Assembly: GCF_001194135.2 (NCBI RefSeq) | Contig: NC_069000.1 | Location: forward strand, 462,885-512,216 | Direction of reading: 5' to 3' | Source: Octopus bimaculoides | Lineage: Eukaryota | DNA: 49,332 nucleotides | Part shown: in pieces, positions 12,070-24,414 of the stretch | Layout: each line of letters opens with the position of its first letter | Numbering within the stretch: the stretch's first letter is position 1 | The notes under the pieces: model-generated | What the model was told of the DNA's origin: nothing | Seen by the model: the letters and a program-made list of their open reading frames with translations, nothing else | The model's database searches: none | Position numbers and translations under genes: made by a program

Positions 12070-12245
12070 TTTACTGTTTTACTGGTTTCAGTCAATGGAC
12101 TGTGCCCAGACTGGGGCACCGTCAAGAAATTTAGTCGATCGTATTGACAATCAGAATTCATTTCATTCTTCTACATACTTTATCGATCGTTTTTGTTGAA
12201 CCGTTAAGTTACAGGACATAAAAGGTTACAAAATAAACACATACA
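12070..12245 (-). mobile_element. SINE family B, 3' part
   Basis: gtttcagtcaatggactgtgccca...ttagtcgatcgtattgac...gttgaaccgttaagttacaggacataaa; homologous to 43845-43990. Confidence 0.7.
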
Positions 12246-12307
12246 CACAGAGAGACGTGCACACATACATATTTCATGCCTAAGACTATAGACACAACAC
12301 AATAATG

Positions 12308-12341
<34 letters not shown>

Positions 12342-12917
12342 CTATCTTTCTATCTATCTATTTTCCTCTCTCTCTCTTGGTCAGTTTGGCTATCTCCTCC
12401 CCCTATCTCTCTCACTCATTCTCTCTACCGCGCTCTCTCTCTCTCTTTCTCTCACACTTTGTCTTATTGTCCAAAATATGATGAATCAATATCGTACCCC
12501 TCCACCCCCACACACTCATCCATGCGTAATAAACAACAAACTTGAAATATCACTGTTGTTGTTGTTGTTGGTGTTGGTGTTGGTGTTGTTGTTATTACTT
12601 CGGTCTTTCCTTCAGTTACATTTCGTTAAAAACATTTACTGTCGACTCTTATTCACAGCCGATTCTTCCTATTCCCGTCAAATTTCACCAATTTTCGGTT
12701 CCATTTTTGCTGTTTCTGTTTCTTTAGTGGGGGGCGACGGGTTCTGCTGTGTGGGTTTCATATCAATGCGACAGAAGCGAATTCAAAGACAAGGTTTGAA
12801 GACGTTACAAGGATACATAACACCCTTTTCTTTTCTAAGTGAGATATTTCGGTTCAAGTTTCTTTTTTTTCCCCCACTCTTTTTTTTTTTTTTTCGGGCT
12901 TTAAATTTCGATTTGAT

Positions 12918-13850
12918 TGAGGTGGGGCAAAATTGGTAACCGGGGTAAAATGAGTAATTTCTGATTTTGTGTTATTTTCTGCGTACCTGTTTGGAACAAT
13001 TATGTTGCAGGTATTGCATCATAATCCTTTTGTTCCATCGCATCATCTTTGGGAATAAAAGTTGGTCAGCATAGTTGATGTTGTTGTTGAGGTTGAAGAG
13101 GGTTTCGAACATAGTCAGGTACCAGATACCTTTTTTGCAAGAAATTTTTTCTTCAACTTTGACCCAAATTCTAATTGAGGTTGCTAATAAAATATCTGGA
13201 TAATTTTTGGTGTTTAACAGTCACAATTCTTTTCTCTTTTGAATTCCAAGTCGGTTTTTTTTCTCACATTAGTGTCTCATTTGATAATTTTCAATTTAGA
13301 AAAAAAATAATGTCTTAACTGGGTCAAATCGAGTAATGACCAATTTCGTAAATTTCTGCTCTTTACCATGAAAAACCCACTCCAGCAGATTCTGAAGAAG
13401 CTATAGATAATATTTTATGTCAAGTTTTTAGATTTAGCCAAGTTTCGTTTAATTTCATATCATGTGCCAGTTTTCTATGATCCTCTTACAATTTGACTGA
13501 GATATTTCGAATTTTTGTTGAATTTCTAATCTTTCCAATGTCTAAGGATGGATATTGATGTGTTATGATTTTTTTCTCCCCAAATGTAATTCTGGAGAAT
13601 TGAAGAAACAAATTTACCTTGTCTTGTCTTACTCATTTTGCCCCATCTAAATTTGTCTTTTATACAAGCTCAAAGAGAATGGAGATAATTTTCTGAAATA
13701 GTGTTCAGATTATGTTACAATGTTTTAATGTATTTAGAGAAGGCCATGTGCTCAGCTGATATAGTTTTTGTAAAGTAGTGAACATTCGTAATAAAATCTT
13801 TTTTTCTCAGTCAAAAATGCAGTGAATATTACTCATTCTGCCCCACCCCA
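12918..13850. mobile_element. Non-autonomous DNA transposon (MITE-like), copy A
   Basis: A GGGGYAAAATKRGTAA-like motif occurs twice at the left end (12923, 12942) and twice inverted at the right (13629-13644, 13829-13844). 12941-13612 is duplicated at 48661-49332. Superfamily uncertain (possibly pogo/Tc1-mariner). Confidence 0.8.
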
Positions 13851-13879
13851 TTTTCATTCTCTCTCTCTCCATTTTTTTT

Positions 13880-14020
13880 TTTACCTCTTAATCCTTTGTG
13901 TTGAAGAGCGTAGGCTCGAAACATAAAAGACTTTTCTATTTTTCTCGAGTGTTAAACTTATACACCTGCTTGTTGTTCCTACACCTGTCTTCGTCTTTTG
14001 TTTTCTATGAACTTGAACTA
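13880..14020 (+). mobile_element. Penelope-like element terminal fragment with degenerate hammerhead motif
   Basis: gtgttga-a-gagc-gtag-gctc-gaaac-ata at 13898-13925 follows the CUGAnGA-A-stemII-GAAAC layout of PLE hammerheads. Confidence 0.5.
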
Positions 14021-14479
14021 TATATGTGTGTGTGTGTGTGTGTTTCAACTCCATAGAGCAGGAAAGAAAGCATTATAGCCTGGTATACCTTACATTTGAA
14101 ACACTCGTAATGAGTTCAAAACTCACTCTAAACAACGGTTGAGGGAATATAATTTGAGACAGTTGTGTATACTAAAGGCAAATGGGATCCTATATGACGG
14201 ACGTTCAACCGGGAAGGGAGATAACTCTGATCGCATCTTTTGATCGATATGTTGGGGCGAAATAGGAAATGGGTCAACGATTAACGTTTACTTAGAATAT
14301 GCTGAAAGTAACACTGAGAAAAGGAATGAACGAGAAAAAACGATATCATAAAACATCATTTCAAATTCTTCACGGGATCTGTCAGAGAATTCATTTCGAG
14401 GTTTGGTACATACACCAGCCAAATGTGTGACTTGATTTCGAAACCCGACCACAGCCATTTCACTTGATTTACATGACTA

Positions 14480-14760
14480 ACCTCGGTGTTCCAGTTGATT
14501 CGATCAACAGAACAGTCTGCTCGTGAAATGGAAGTGCAAGTGGCGTAACACTCCACAGATACGGGGCGTACCCGTCACTGGGCGATTCAGCGTGACACAG
14601 ACTGTGTGACAAGGCTGACCCTTTGAATTACTGGTACAATTCAGTTTTGCCAGCTTATTGAACTGGAGCAGCGTGAAATAAAGTGTCTTGCTCAAGGACA
14701 CACCGTGCCGTCGTGTATCGAATCCGTGATCCGTTAACCACAAAGCCACGCGCCTTCACA
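14480..14760 (-). mobile_element. SINE family E (tRNA-derived)
   Basis: Minus strand reads gtgaaggcgcgtggctttgtggttaa...gattcgatac...gtgtccttgagcaagacactttatttcacgctgctccagt: A/B-box head plus a conserved central SINE motif. Confidence 0.8.
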
Positions 14761-15878
14761 CTTGTTCACTTGGGCTACTTTTCTTTGTCCTTTTTTTTGT
14801 TTTTAGTCGTTACACTACGTAAACATGGTCGGTCAGGCCCTATAATGAAAAATGTCCCTTAATCCACAATGGTAATTCCCAAATAAGAAAATGAAATCAT
14901 TTCTTAAGCTGGGACAAATCTGTTGCAATGGAGAAATTCTGGTGAATTCTTGGCCTGACTTGTTAGCAAACATGTTTGGTTCGACTTGACAACAAAATGT
15001 TCAGCGTGTTTCTTGAAATCCTTTGCACCACAATTTGCATGTAAGAACATGTTTTGTTTCGTTTTGGGGTGGTGGGGTTTATGATAAACGATGAGCGCTT
15101 ATATTTAAATGATTTGTAAAAGTTAATATATCATGTAGATTTTATTTGCTGGATTTAATGTCCATGAGTTGACTGAAGTTTGTGGTTCATCATTCGAAGT
15201 CAACTGGGACAGTATAATATACGTGGTTTTATCTCTGAAAATATGAAGAGCCAAGTCGATTCTGGAGGGATTTTGAACGGAGAACGTAATCAAATATCAC
15301 AAGGTATTTCGGTCAGCATGTAGTTTAAATTTCTTTGCATGAAGACATGAAATTGAGGATTTTCCTCTTCAGCTCAAGCAGCCTGATAGTTTTTCAGCCG
15401 TTCATGGATAACAGCAGTTATCACGGTCATATCACAGCAACGGAGGCTGTCAGAGAGTAAGTGATGGGAAAGACAGTGGTGACGGTGGTGGAGGAGAAGG
15501 CGGCGAAGTCCAAGGTATTGATTGCGGTGACGTCAGAAGTCTGAATGGTATGTGTATGGCAGATGTAGTGGCGCTGGTGGTGGTACTGTTGTTTATCATG
15601 CAGCTTTGCAATAAGTTCCAAGTTGACAAACTATATCATTGTTTTGATGAAAATTGTTCATTGCTTGGAAAATATTGGTCAAGTTTAATAAAATTTAATA
15701 TGTACTCAATGCATGAAGTGTCATTGTTGGGCCCAATGAAGAGCCTTCCACGGGAGCTACGTGAGACGGAAAAAAGAGGCGGGGTGACCAGCGGAAGGTC
15801 TGGAGAGAAGGAAAAGACTAGTCCGAGATACACATACATATATTTATATACATGCATATATTTATACACACATACATA

Positions 15879-15914
<36 letters not shown>

Positions 15915-16535
15915 AATATGACAGCAGGTAATCTTTTGCAAAACACCTAAAAACCAGGCTCCACTTCAACTTATTATTCTCCTCTGTATCCCCCCCCCCC
16001 ACACAACAGAAAGACGTTGCTACTTATTTCTATCTGTCTCTTCCTCATTCTCACAGACTGAGAGAACCCCGACACTAAAACGTATCTCTTACACTTGTCC
16101 CACCTCAGTCAGCCGAGCCAAATTAGTCGATGTGGTGTTCGTGCCGTGTTCGCTTGTTGTGCGGCTCCTTTCTGCTTATCACCTTCTTACAACAAAACAC
16201 GACACAAGTAGCTCCACATGATCACTCCATCTGCTCGATATAGCAGCCAAATTACTTTCAATTTTTATCCCAGGATAATATTGGATAACATTGGATAACA
16301 TAGGACACATTGGATAAGATGATCTTGGATTCCGTTCACACCAAAATTTACCCAGTCAAATTACCAGAGCTCCCTCTTTCGAACGAGCCGAAAAACAGCA
16401 CAACTCATTTCCTCCCCTGGCCATTTCCGGGTCACGAGTGTTTACTTCATCATCGGTCCTACATAAAGAGTAACTCATATGAGTCACAAACTATTGTGTG
16501 TGTGTGAGTGTGTTAAATAAAACGAGACAACAAAA

Positions 16536-17081
16536 CCAAGGCAGTGTTAAGTGTCTAGGACATTTATAAAGAGAAAGATAGTCTTACAGCTGTTTCTGAG
16601 ATAATAGGGATTTCTCTTCATCAGAGACGATATGAGAGAGTTAACTAGAGGGAAATAGAAGAGTTCAATGTAAGAAGTTATTTTGGAAAGGGAGAGATTT
16701 ACACAAGTTCCCTTCGAATGAACAGCACATGGGATTAATACCTTCACACTATCCAATCGTAATAACAAAATATGAACTCCTATCAGAATTTACATACCAT
16801 GGACAAGAAGCCTTTTTTACCCATTCTACGCAGCACATTCCTTGGAACAGCAACTTTAACATCCAACATATATTTTTATTTTTATTTTTATTCTCTTATT
16901 TCTCTTTATACTTCCTATATCCTTCCTTTTCCCAAATAACTTCTTATATCGAACTTTACTATTCCCTTCTATCTAACTCTCTCGTATCATCTCTGATGAT
17001 GGGATATCTTTTATATTCATGAAACAGCTGTAAGACTACCTTTCCCTTTATAAATGTCCTAGAAATTTCACACTGCCTTGG
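16536..17081. mobile_element. Foldback/MITE with ~160-bp imperfect terminal inverted repeats
   Basis: Arms 16536-16695 and 16922-17081 align as reverse complements without large indels (ccaaggcagtg...ctaggacatttataaag...agtcttacagctgtttc...catcagaga...aagaagttattt); spacer ~225 bp. Confidence 0.8.
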
Positions 17082-17204
17082 CTTACTACATCATCTATTA
17101 TGTATTTTTTAGACAGTAAGGTGTATTGTGAGGGATATTCGACTATTGTTTCTAGTAAATCGAAGCGACTTCGATGAGGTTTCCTCGTTGGATCATCGAA
17201 TTGT

Positions 17205-17348
17205 GGTCAACCTTGGTCCACGAACCCTGTGATCAGAAGAATATCCTTTCGATTGTTTTTTTCATAGTGTATCTAGAGCCAATGTATTCTACTTTTAAAG
17301 AGGGTTGGGATTAGTTTGAGGGAGATTTTAGTTGCTATTTCTAGCTGG
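17205..17348 (-). mobile_element. Repeat family C
   Basis: gtgtatctagagccaatgtattc...tttgagggagattttagttgctatttctagc. Confidence 0.65.
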
Positions 17349-17417
17349 TCAAGCAACCACATATAAGCTCCCATGTTGGCTTCAGATTTGTATCAGTAGA
17401 TAAATGAGTTGCGTGTG

Positions 17418-17460
<43 letters not shown>

Positions 17461-18109
17461 GTGTGTGCGTGTGTGTGTNNNNNNNNNNNNNNNNNNNNNN
17501 NNNNNNNNNNNNNNNNNNNNNNNNNNNNNNNNNNNNNNNNNNNNNNNNNNNNNNNNNNNNNNNNNNNNNNNNNNNNNNNNNNNNNNNNNNNNNNNNNNNN
17601 NNNNNNNNNNNNNNNNNNNNNNNNNNNNNNNNNNNNNNNNNNNNNNNNNNNNNNNNNNNNNNNNNNNNNNNNNNNNNNNNNNNNNNNNNNNNNNNNNNNN
17701 NNNNNNNNNNNNNNNNNNNNNNNNNNNNNNNNNNNNNNNNNNNNNNNNNNNNNNNNNNNNNNNNNNNNNNNNNNNNNNNNNNNNNNNNNNNNNNNNNNNN
17801 NNNNNNNNNNNNNNNNNNNNNNNNNNNNNNNNNNNNNNNNNNNNNNNNNNNNNNNNNNNNNNNNNNNNNNNNNNNNNNNNNNNNNNNNNNNNNNNNNNNN
17901 NNNNNNNNNNNNNNNNNNNNNNNNNNNNNNNNNNNNNNNNNNNNNNNNNNNNNNNNNNNNNNNNNNNNNNNNNNNNNNNNNNNNNNNNNNNNNNNNNNNN
18001 NNNNNNNNNNNNNNNNNNNNNNNNNNNNNNNNNNNNNNNNNNNNNNNNNNNNNNNNNNNNNNNNNNNNNNNNNNNNNNNNNNNNNNNNNNNNNNNNNNNN
18101 NNNNNNNNN

Positions 18110-18143
<34 letters not shown>

Positions 18144-18597
18144 GTAGGCAGGCAGATACGTTCTCACGCACGTGCGCCTCACATACATGTTAGGGATGGA
18201 AGAAAGAGATAGGAGTTTGGTGGGAGTCGATAGAATAAAACTAATATCCGACCAACAAATGGCCTCAAATATAGGACGAAGTAATCGTAAAAGCCGTTTT
18301 TCTTGTGGTGTGTAATTTATTCGAAGAACGATTACTTTGTGCTTTGATTTAGGTATCACTGGATGATTCCTTGAAGACATGGATGCTGTAGGTGTGAACA
18401 TAAAGACATTAAAAACGAATTCAATTGCTAAAATTATGAGATATTTGTTGCAAAACCTTGCCTTTAGAACGTGAGAGAGAGAGAGTCAGTTGAATGTTAA
18501 TAAGATATCGAATTTGTTGAGGAGGGAAGAAAAATGTCCTGTTAGTGTTGAATGTAGGTAAATGTTTCCAATTTTGGCAAAAGGCCAGCAAATTTAT

Positions 18598-18768
18598 TGA
18601 GAATTAGTCGCTTCCATCGACCTCAGTATTTGATTGGCACTTTGTTTTAGGGACCACGAAAAAGATAAGTGGTAAAGTTGACCTCGGTAGGATTTGAACT
18701 TAGAGCGGAAACTAATGCTACTAAAGCATCTTTCTCCGATACGCTAACGCTTCTGCCAGTTCACCCTT
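18598..18768 (-). mobile_element. SINE family A
   Basis: catcgacctcagtatttgattggcac...aaagttgacctcggtaggatttgaactt...gctaacgcttctgccagttc. Confidence 0.8.
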
Positions 18769-19130
18769 CTTCAGTGGTGGTAAATAACAATCAATAAGAG
18801 TTATGCTGTTTTAGGGGGAAAAAAATCTTTTTTCCTGTTTTAATCGTTAAAATATTTTCCAATTAACCGATGACCTGTTTTAAAAAGAAAAAAAAATAAT
18901 AATCAATATGGACGTACTAGTTGCCTTCGGTATGTTACGTTACTAAGTGACAATCAAGAGATAATCGTAACGGATTACGCTGAACAATACATACATATAT
19001 ACATACAGCACACACAGATATATAAACGTTAGGAATATTTTTTTTACAAAGTAAACAACCGGTTGTACGGTGCACCGCATGGATTAATGAAGAGTTGAAC
19101 AGAAAGAACACAAGGAGAAAACACATTTAA

Positions 19131-19244
19131 TTGGGCAAAATCTCGTCAGAGGAGTAAAAAAAGACATCGTTAGGTTATTACATGTTATTCTTCCAAAACA
19201 TCTCAACAGGTTCATTTTTACTCCTCGGACGAGATATTGTCCAA
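19131..19244. repeat. 30-bp inverted repeat (27/30 matches) with 54-bp spacer
   Basis: ttgggcaaaatctcgtcagaggagtaaaaa (19131-19160) versus the reverse complement of 19215-19244, ttggacaatatctcgtccgaggagtaaaaa. Confidence 0.85.
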
Positions 19245-19389
19245 GAAAATGTTTTAATTCCTGAAAGTTAATTGGTGGGGGGCAAACTCGAAACAGCTGT
19301 AAGTGAACATGTTGAATTTTTGAATTTTGCAGTTATAAATTATATTAACGCTACTTCTCCATTTTCTGGATTTTAATTATTAAAGTATT

Positions 19390-19495
19390 AAAGCCCAAGT
19401 TGACCTCGGCGTGATTTGAACTCATATCGCTCAGACTCAGAACGAATATTGCGACGACTGTATCCAAAGCTCTGACGATGCTGTCGGTTCACCTG
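19390..19495 (-). mobile_element. SINE family A, head region
   Basis: aagttgacctcggcgtgatttgaactca...ctgacgatgctgtcggttcacc. Confidence 0.7.
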
Positions 19496-21865
19496 CGTAA
19501 TAAAATAAAATAACTTATGGATTTTAATTTAATTTAAATCAAAAGTCTTCAGCTTGTGTGCCACGACACAGTTGTGTCTTATGTCTAGCACATTGGTAGG
19601 TCACAAGTTTTTGAGGCAAATCAAAAACAGAATATTTAGGAAATAGTCCCCCCTCCCGTCCCCTATTAATGTGTTTCGCTTGTAACAAAATGGAATGTTT
19701 GCCACCACCACCACCTCATACACATCGCTATTTTAAAACAATTTTTCATATCCATTTTTTTGTTTCTTTATATATGGTGGTGGGGCGTTTGTGTGATGGG
19801 GGAGGGGGAATGGAGGATTAAGTCGTTCGATTGCCTGAATTATCTGCTCCTGTTTTAACGCCCAGCTTACAGAGGTTTCCACAGTTTGAATTACGGGTAC
19901 AATCCACTCAACCAGCTTCCATACAATTTTCACCCAATTATAGAAAAGATGGAGGAAATGACATTTGCCCAAAGTTCTCCACAGTCGGATCGAACTTGGA
20001 ACCTCTTAACCATTGAACTATACTGCACCTACTGTTCCTGTATACATGAAGAGTTCAAAGGGTCAAGAGCCATCGAATTACATGATATATCTATGTATGT
20101 ATGAAGTCTCTGGTTTGGTATCCAGCTGCAGGTTTAGCCAACCAGGATCAGGAGTTCGACTCTAAGCTCTGGTGAAGACAAATAACCGAGAGATGGAGAA
20201 ATTCAACAGAAGATCCACAAGTATGTTGTTGTTCAGAAAGTTTGGAGTAAACCTTGGCACCAACTTTCCGATATCACCGAAAAGTGTGAACGGTCCTACA
20301 CAAGCTTTTGCCATTTAAAAAGAAAGAAAGAAAGAAAGAAAATCTGTGGAAAGTGTAACACGTATATATAACAGGTATATAAAACTGATACGCCGGGATG
20401 GACGCCATGTTTGTTGATTCCCCCTCTTATCTCTGTCTTCTGTTTTTGTTCATTTGAACTGTATATACAGGATACATACATACATATATATATATANNNN
20501 NNNNNNNNNNNNNNNNNNNNNNNNNNNNNNNNNNNNNNNNNNNNNNNNNNNNNNNNNNNNNNNNNNNNNNNNNNNNNNNNNNNNNNNNNNNNNNNNNNNN
20601 NNNNNNNNNNNNNNNNNNNNNNNNNNNNNNNNNNNNNNNNNNNNNNNNNNNNNNNNNNNNNNNNNNNNNNNNNNNNNNNNNNNNNNNNNNNNNNNNNNNN
20701 NNNNNNNNNNNNNNNNNNNNNNNNNNNNNNNNNNNNNNNNNNNNNNNNNNNNNNNNNNNNNNNNNNNNNNNNNNNNNNNNNNNNNNNNNNNNNNNNNNNN
20801 NNNNNNNNNNNNNNNNNNNNNNNNNNNNNNNNNNNNNNNNNNNNNNNNNNNNNNNNNNNNNNNNNNNNNNNNNNNNNNNNNNNNNNNNNNNNNNNNNNNN
20901 NNNNNNNNNNNNNNNNNNNNNNNNNNNNNNNNNNNNNNNNNNNNNNNNNNNNNNNNNNNNNNNNNNNNNNNNNNNNNNNNNNNNNNNNNNNNNNNNNNNN
21001 NNNNNNNNNNNNNNNNNNNNNNNNNNNNNNNNNNNNNNNNNNNNNNNNNNNNNNNNNNNNNNNNNNNNNNNNNNNNNNNNNNNNNNNNNNNNNNNNNNNN
21101 NNNNNNNNNNNNNNNNNNNNNNNNNNNNNNNNNNNNNNNNNNNNNNNNNNNNNNNNNNNNNNNNNNNNNNNNNNNNNNNNNNNNNNNNNNNNNNNNNNNN
21201 NNNNNNNNNNNNNNNNNNNNNNNNNNNNNNNNNNNNNNNNNNNNNNNNNNNNNNNNNNNNNNNNNNNNNNNNNNNNNNNNNNNNNNNNNNNNNNNNNNNN
21301 NNNNNNNNNNNNNNNNNNNNNNNNNNNNNNNNNNNNNNNNNNNNNNNNNNNNNNNNNNNNNNNNNNNNNNNNNNNNNNNNNNNATGGTTTCGGGTTCAAT
21401 CCCTCTGCGCAACACCTTAAATAAGCTGAAGACGGCTCAACTAAATAAAAGCGTTCCGAATTGTCTTTCTCGCGTCTCAAAGAATAATTCATGTTAGCCA
21501 ACTCCTAATAGGTTTTTCTTATCATCGTGTTTAGCTCTACTTATTGACCGGTGATAAAACCATTGAAATTGTTCAAACTTATCTTTTTATTGCATACACA
21601 CATCAGACTCGCACTTGTATACAAAGAGAGACAGAGAGAGAGGGAGAGAGATATAGAGAGAGGGGGGAGAGAGAGAGAAGGGATGGAGAGAAACGCTTAA
21701 TTCTCATCTTCACAGACTTTTTCATTTGCCTCTCCACTTCACTCTCGACTCATTTTATTTCTAACATACTCGTATCTCCTTAAAAACCAATACACACTCG
21801 TTAACATTCCCGACACAAATGTATTGGGAACATCCTCATCTCTTATTACACTCACATGCACATAT

Positions 21866-21899
<34 letters not shown>

Positions 21900-21903
21900 C
21901 ATA

Positions 21904-22177
21904 CAATGGAAGTTCGGTTTACGAATTTAAATCGTTCCTGAAGGCAGTTCATAACCCGAAATGTTCGTAAACGAAGGCACGGTGAATTCGAGCAAGGATG
22001 TGTACTGAATGAATGCAAGACAACAACTGAAGTTTTGCCGCCGATTCTCCCAGTTTGGTGTTAACTGTTATTGTCAGCTTGTGTGTTCATTATTCGAGAT
22101 ACCATTCGTTGCCCGAGATATATTATGTTTGAAAAAGTATTCGGGATGAGAGGAGTTCGTAAACCGAGGCTTCTATA
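21904..22177. mobile_element. Tigger/pogo-like MITE
   Basis: Left end ta-caatggaagttcggtttacgaa, right end ttcgtaaaccgaggcttctata. Perfect 12-bp IR core at 21914-21925 / 22156-22167, TA-rich flanks, resembles CAGTGGAACCTCGG-type TIRs. Confidence 0.7.
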
Positions 22178-22199
22178 TATATGTGGAGAAAAGGCAAAT

Positions 22200-22330
22200 A
22201 TCTCAGAAGTTCGCCTCTCAAACACGATATTCCGGTTTCGATCCCACTGCGCAGATCTTTGAACGAGTATCTTCGGTCACTGTCTTGAGTTGATCCAAGT
22301 GATGTTGAGTGCAAATGTGTGAACCAGCAT
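22200..22330 (+). mobile_element. SINE family B, head fragment
   Basis: ttccggtttcgatcccactgcgcagatctttgaacgagtatcttc; a similar head lies at 21384-21425. Confidence 0.55.
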
Positions 22331-22427
22331 CACTGTGAGTTTGGGATGCTAAGGTTCAAATGTCTGCGAGGTGTTCAGCTTCTTCCGTTCATCAAACTGG
22401 ATAGAACCGACATAACATTGTGACCAA

Positions 22428-22612
22428 GTTGGCAGAAATGTTTAGAGTGTCAGACAAATGCTTAGCACCATTTCTTGCAGACTCTTTGGCGTTCTGAGTT
22501 CAAATGTTGCCGAGGTCAACTTTTCTTTTCAGTGTCGATAAAATAAAATACCAGTCAGGTATTTCGGTCGATGTCAACTTGTCCTCCCTCCTCAAAATTT
22601 CAGGCCTTCTGC
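22428..22612 (+). mobile_element. SINE family A
   Basis: ttggcagaaatg...gttctgagttcaaatgttgccgaggtcaactt...gtcgataaaataaaataccagtc...caaaatttcaggcctt. Confidence 0.8.
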
Positions 22613-23347
22613 CGAAAGGAGAAACACTCATTATTGTCATCATAATTTACCGTGCCTGTCTTATATAAATGCGCACGTTTATAAGCACACACACACACAC
22701 GCACATAGGTACATGTACGTTCGGATCTTTTTGGTTGAGTCTTACATAATGTAATTACGTACACTGACGCAAACCTTAAACACACACATCCTTACACATG
22801 GACATACACTTCCATCAAAGACACTAACACACACATCTTTCTCTCCCTCCCACCCTCTCCTACACTCTCTTCCACACACAAACCTCTCTATCAGACATCA
22901 TGGCTGCTGTTTACCTATTTTTTCCTTCTTTTTAAATAACATTTTAATAACATTCACCAGCTTCACACCGCCCACACATCTACACATACCTACTTTCAAT
23001 CTACCAGAAACTGTATCACCACCACCACCACCACCACCACCACTATTACTTCTGCTGTTGCATATTTCCTTGTACAACTTCTGATAAAACCTGTGGAGTT
23101 CGTCGTCTCTTATTTCTTTCTTCTCTTATTTTCTCATCTTCATCACCAACAACTTTTTCCTTTTTCTTATTCTCTGTTCCTCTTATAATTGTGTGCTTTC
23201 TCTCCTCCTCCCTCCCCCCTCTCTCTCTCGTAACTTATGTCCGTCTTTCTCCATTTCTTCTCTTCTACTCATCATATTTTTATCATATTCTTTCTTTCTA
23301 CTCCACCACTTCTATCTATCTTTTATATATACATACATACTCTCTCA

Positions 23348-23381
<34 letters not shown>

Positions 23382-23859
23382 ACTTTTTTTCTTTCTCCTC
23401 TTCACCTTCTCTATCCGCTATTTTATAACACTTTCCATTCACTTCCTCTTCTTCTCTCCATACCCTTTTCTCCTTTCGTTTTCTGTATATCCTTTCTGGG
23501 TTTTTTTTTCTGGTTTTGTTTTTTCATTATTGATCTCATTTCATTTTCCCAATTTCTGGACTTTCTTCTGTCCTTTAATCACACCCACTGCCATGCTGGA
23601 GCACCACTTTGTGCTGATCCAGTTTCCTTCAATGAGCTCCATCCTCAATACATTCCGTTCATCTTCTGAACTTCCAACACAATTTTGATCTTCAGTCTTT
23701 CTCTCCTTCATCCTCTCTTCTTCATACTGCTGATCCTCCTCGATACTTTCTATTATTCATCTTCTCTCTCTGTCTTTCTGCTGGCTCATCCTTTATCACT
23801 TCCGACTTTTGATCCTCTGTAATTGTTACTCTTGAAAATATACTACTTCATAATTTCCC

Positions 23860-23867
23860 CTCATTCA

Positions 23868-23906
<39 letters not shown>

Positions 23907-23929
23907 TTCTCTCTCTCTCNNNNNNNNNN

Positions 23930-24004
<75 letters not shown>

Positions 24005-24010
24005 CTCTCT
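23860..24010. repeat. (CT)n microsatellite in a ~1.1-kb pyrimidine-rich tract (23100-24240)
   Basis: Direct reading; explains the Leu/Ser/Phe-rich ORFs at 23191-24041. Confidence 0.95.
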
Positions 24011-24414
24011 AAATCCCATCATTATATATCCCTGTTGCTAACCATTTATTTACTTACTTTCTCCCTCTCTTTCCACTTCCATCGGCGGTTTTCCCTGTTT
24101 CTTTTGCCTCTCTTCTGTTTTTCCTTTCCTGTTTCCCCTCTTTTCTCTCTTTTTGCTTGTAATTCTGCTCCGTCTCCCTTTGTCACGTGATAGGTTGCCT
24201 TCCGTCTCCCTCTCGTCTTACTTTCTTACCTTCCCTCCCTTACAACCAGCCAACCAGCAACTGACTGACTAATTGGAGATCTGAACGCATTTCAAATCCC
24301 CATCTATTTATCGATCGATCGATCGATCAATCGATCAAGCAATCAATCACTAACTCAATCAAAAATCTAAATAGCGATTAGATACAGAATGGAATTTCTA
24401 CATATTCATTCGAC

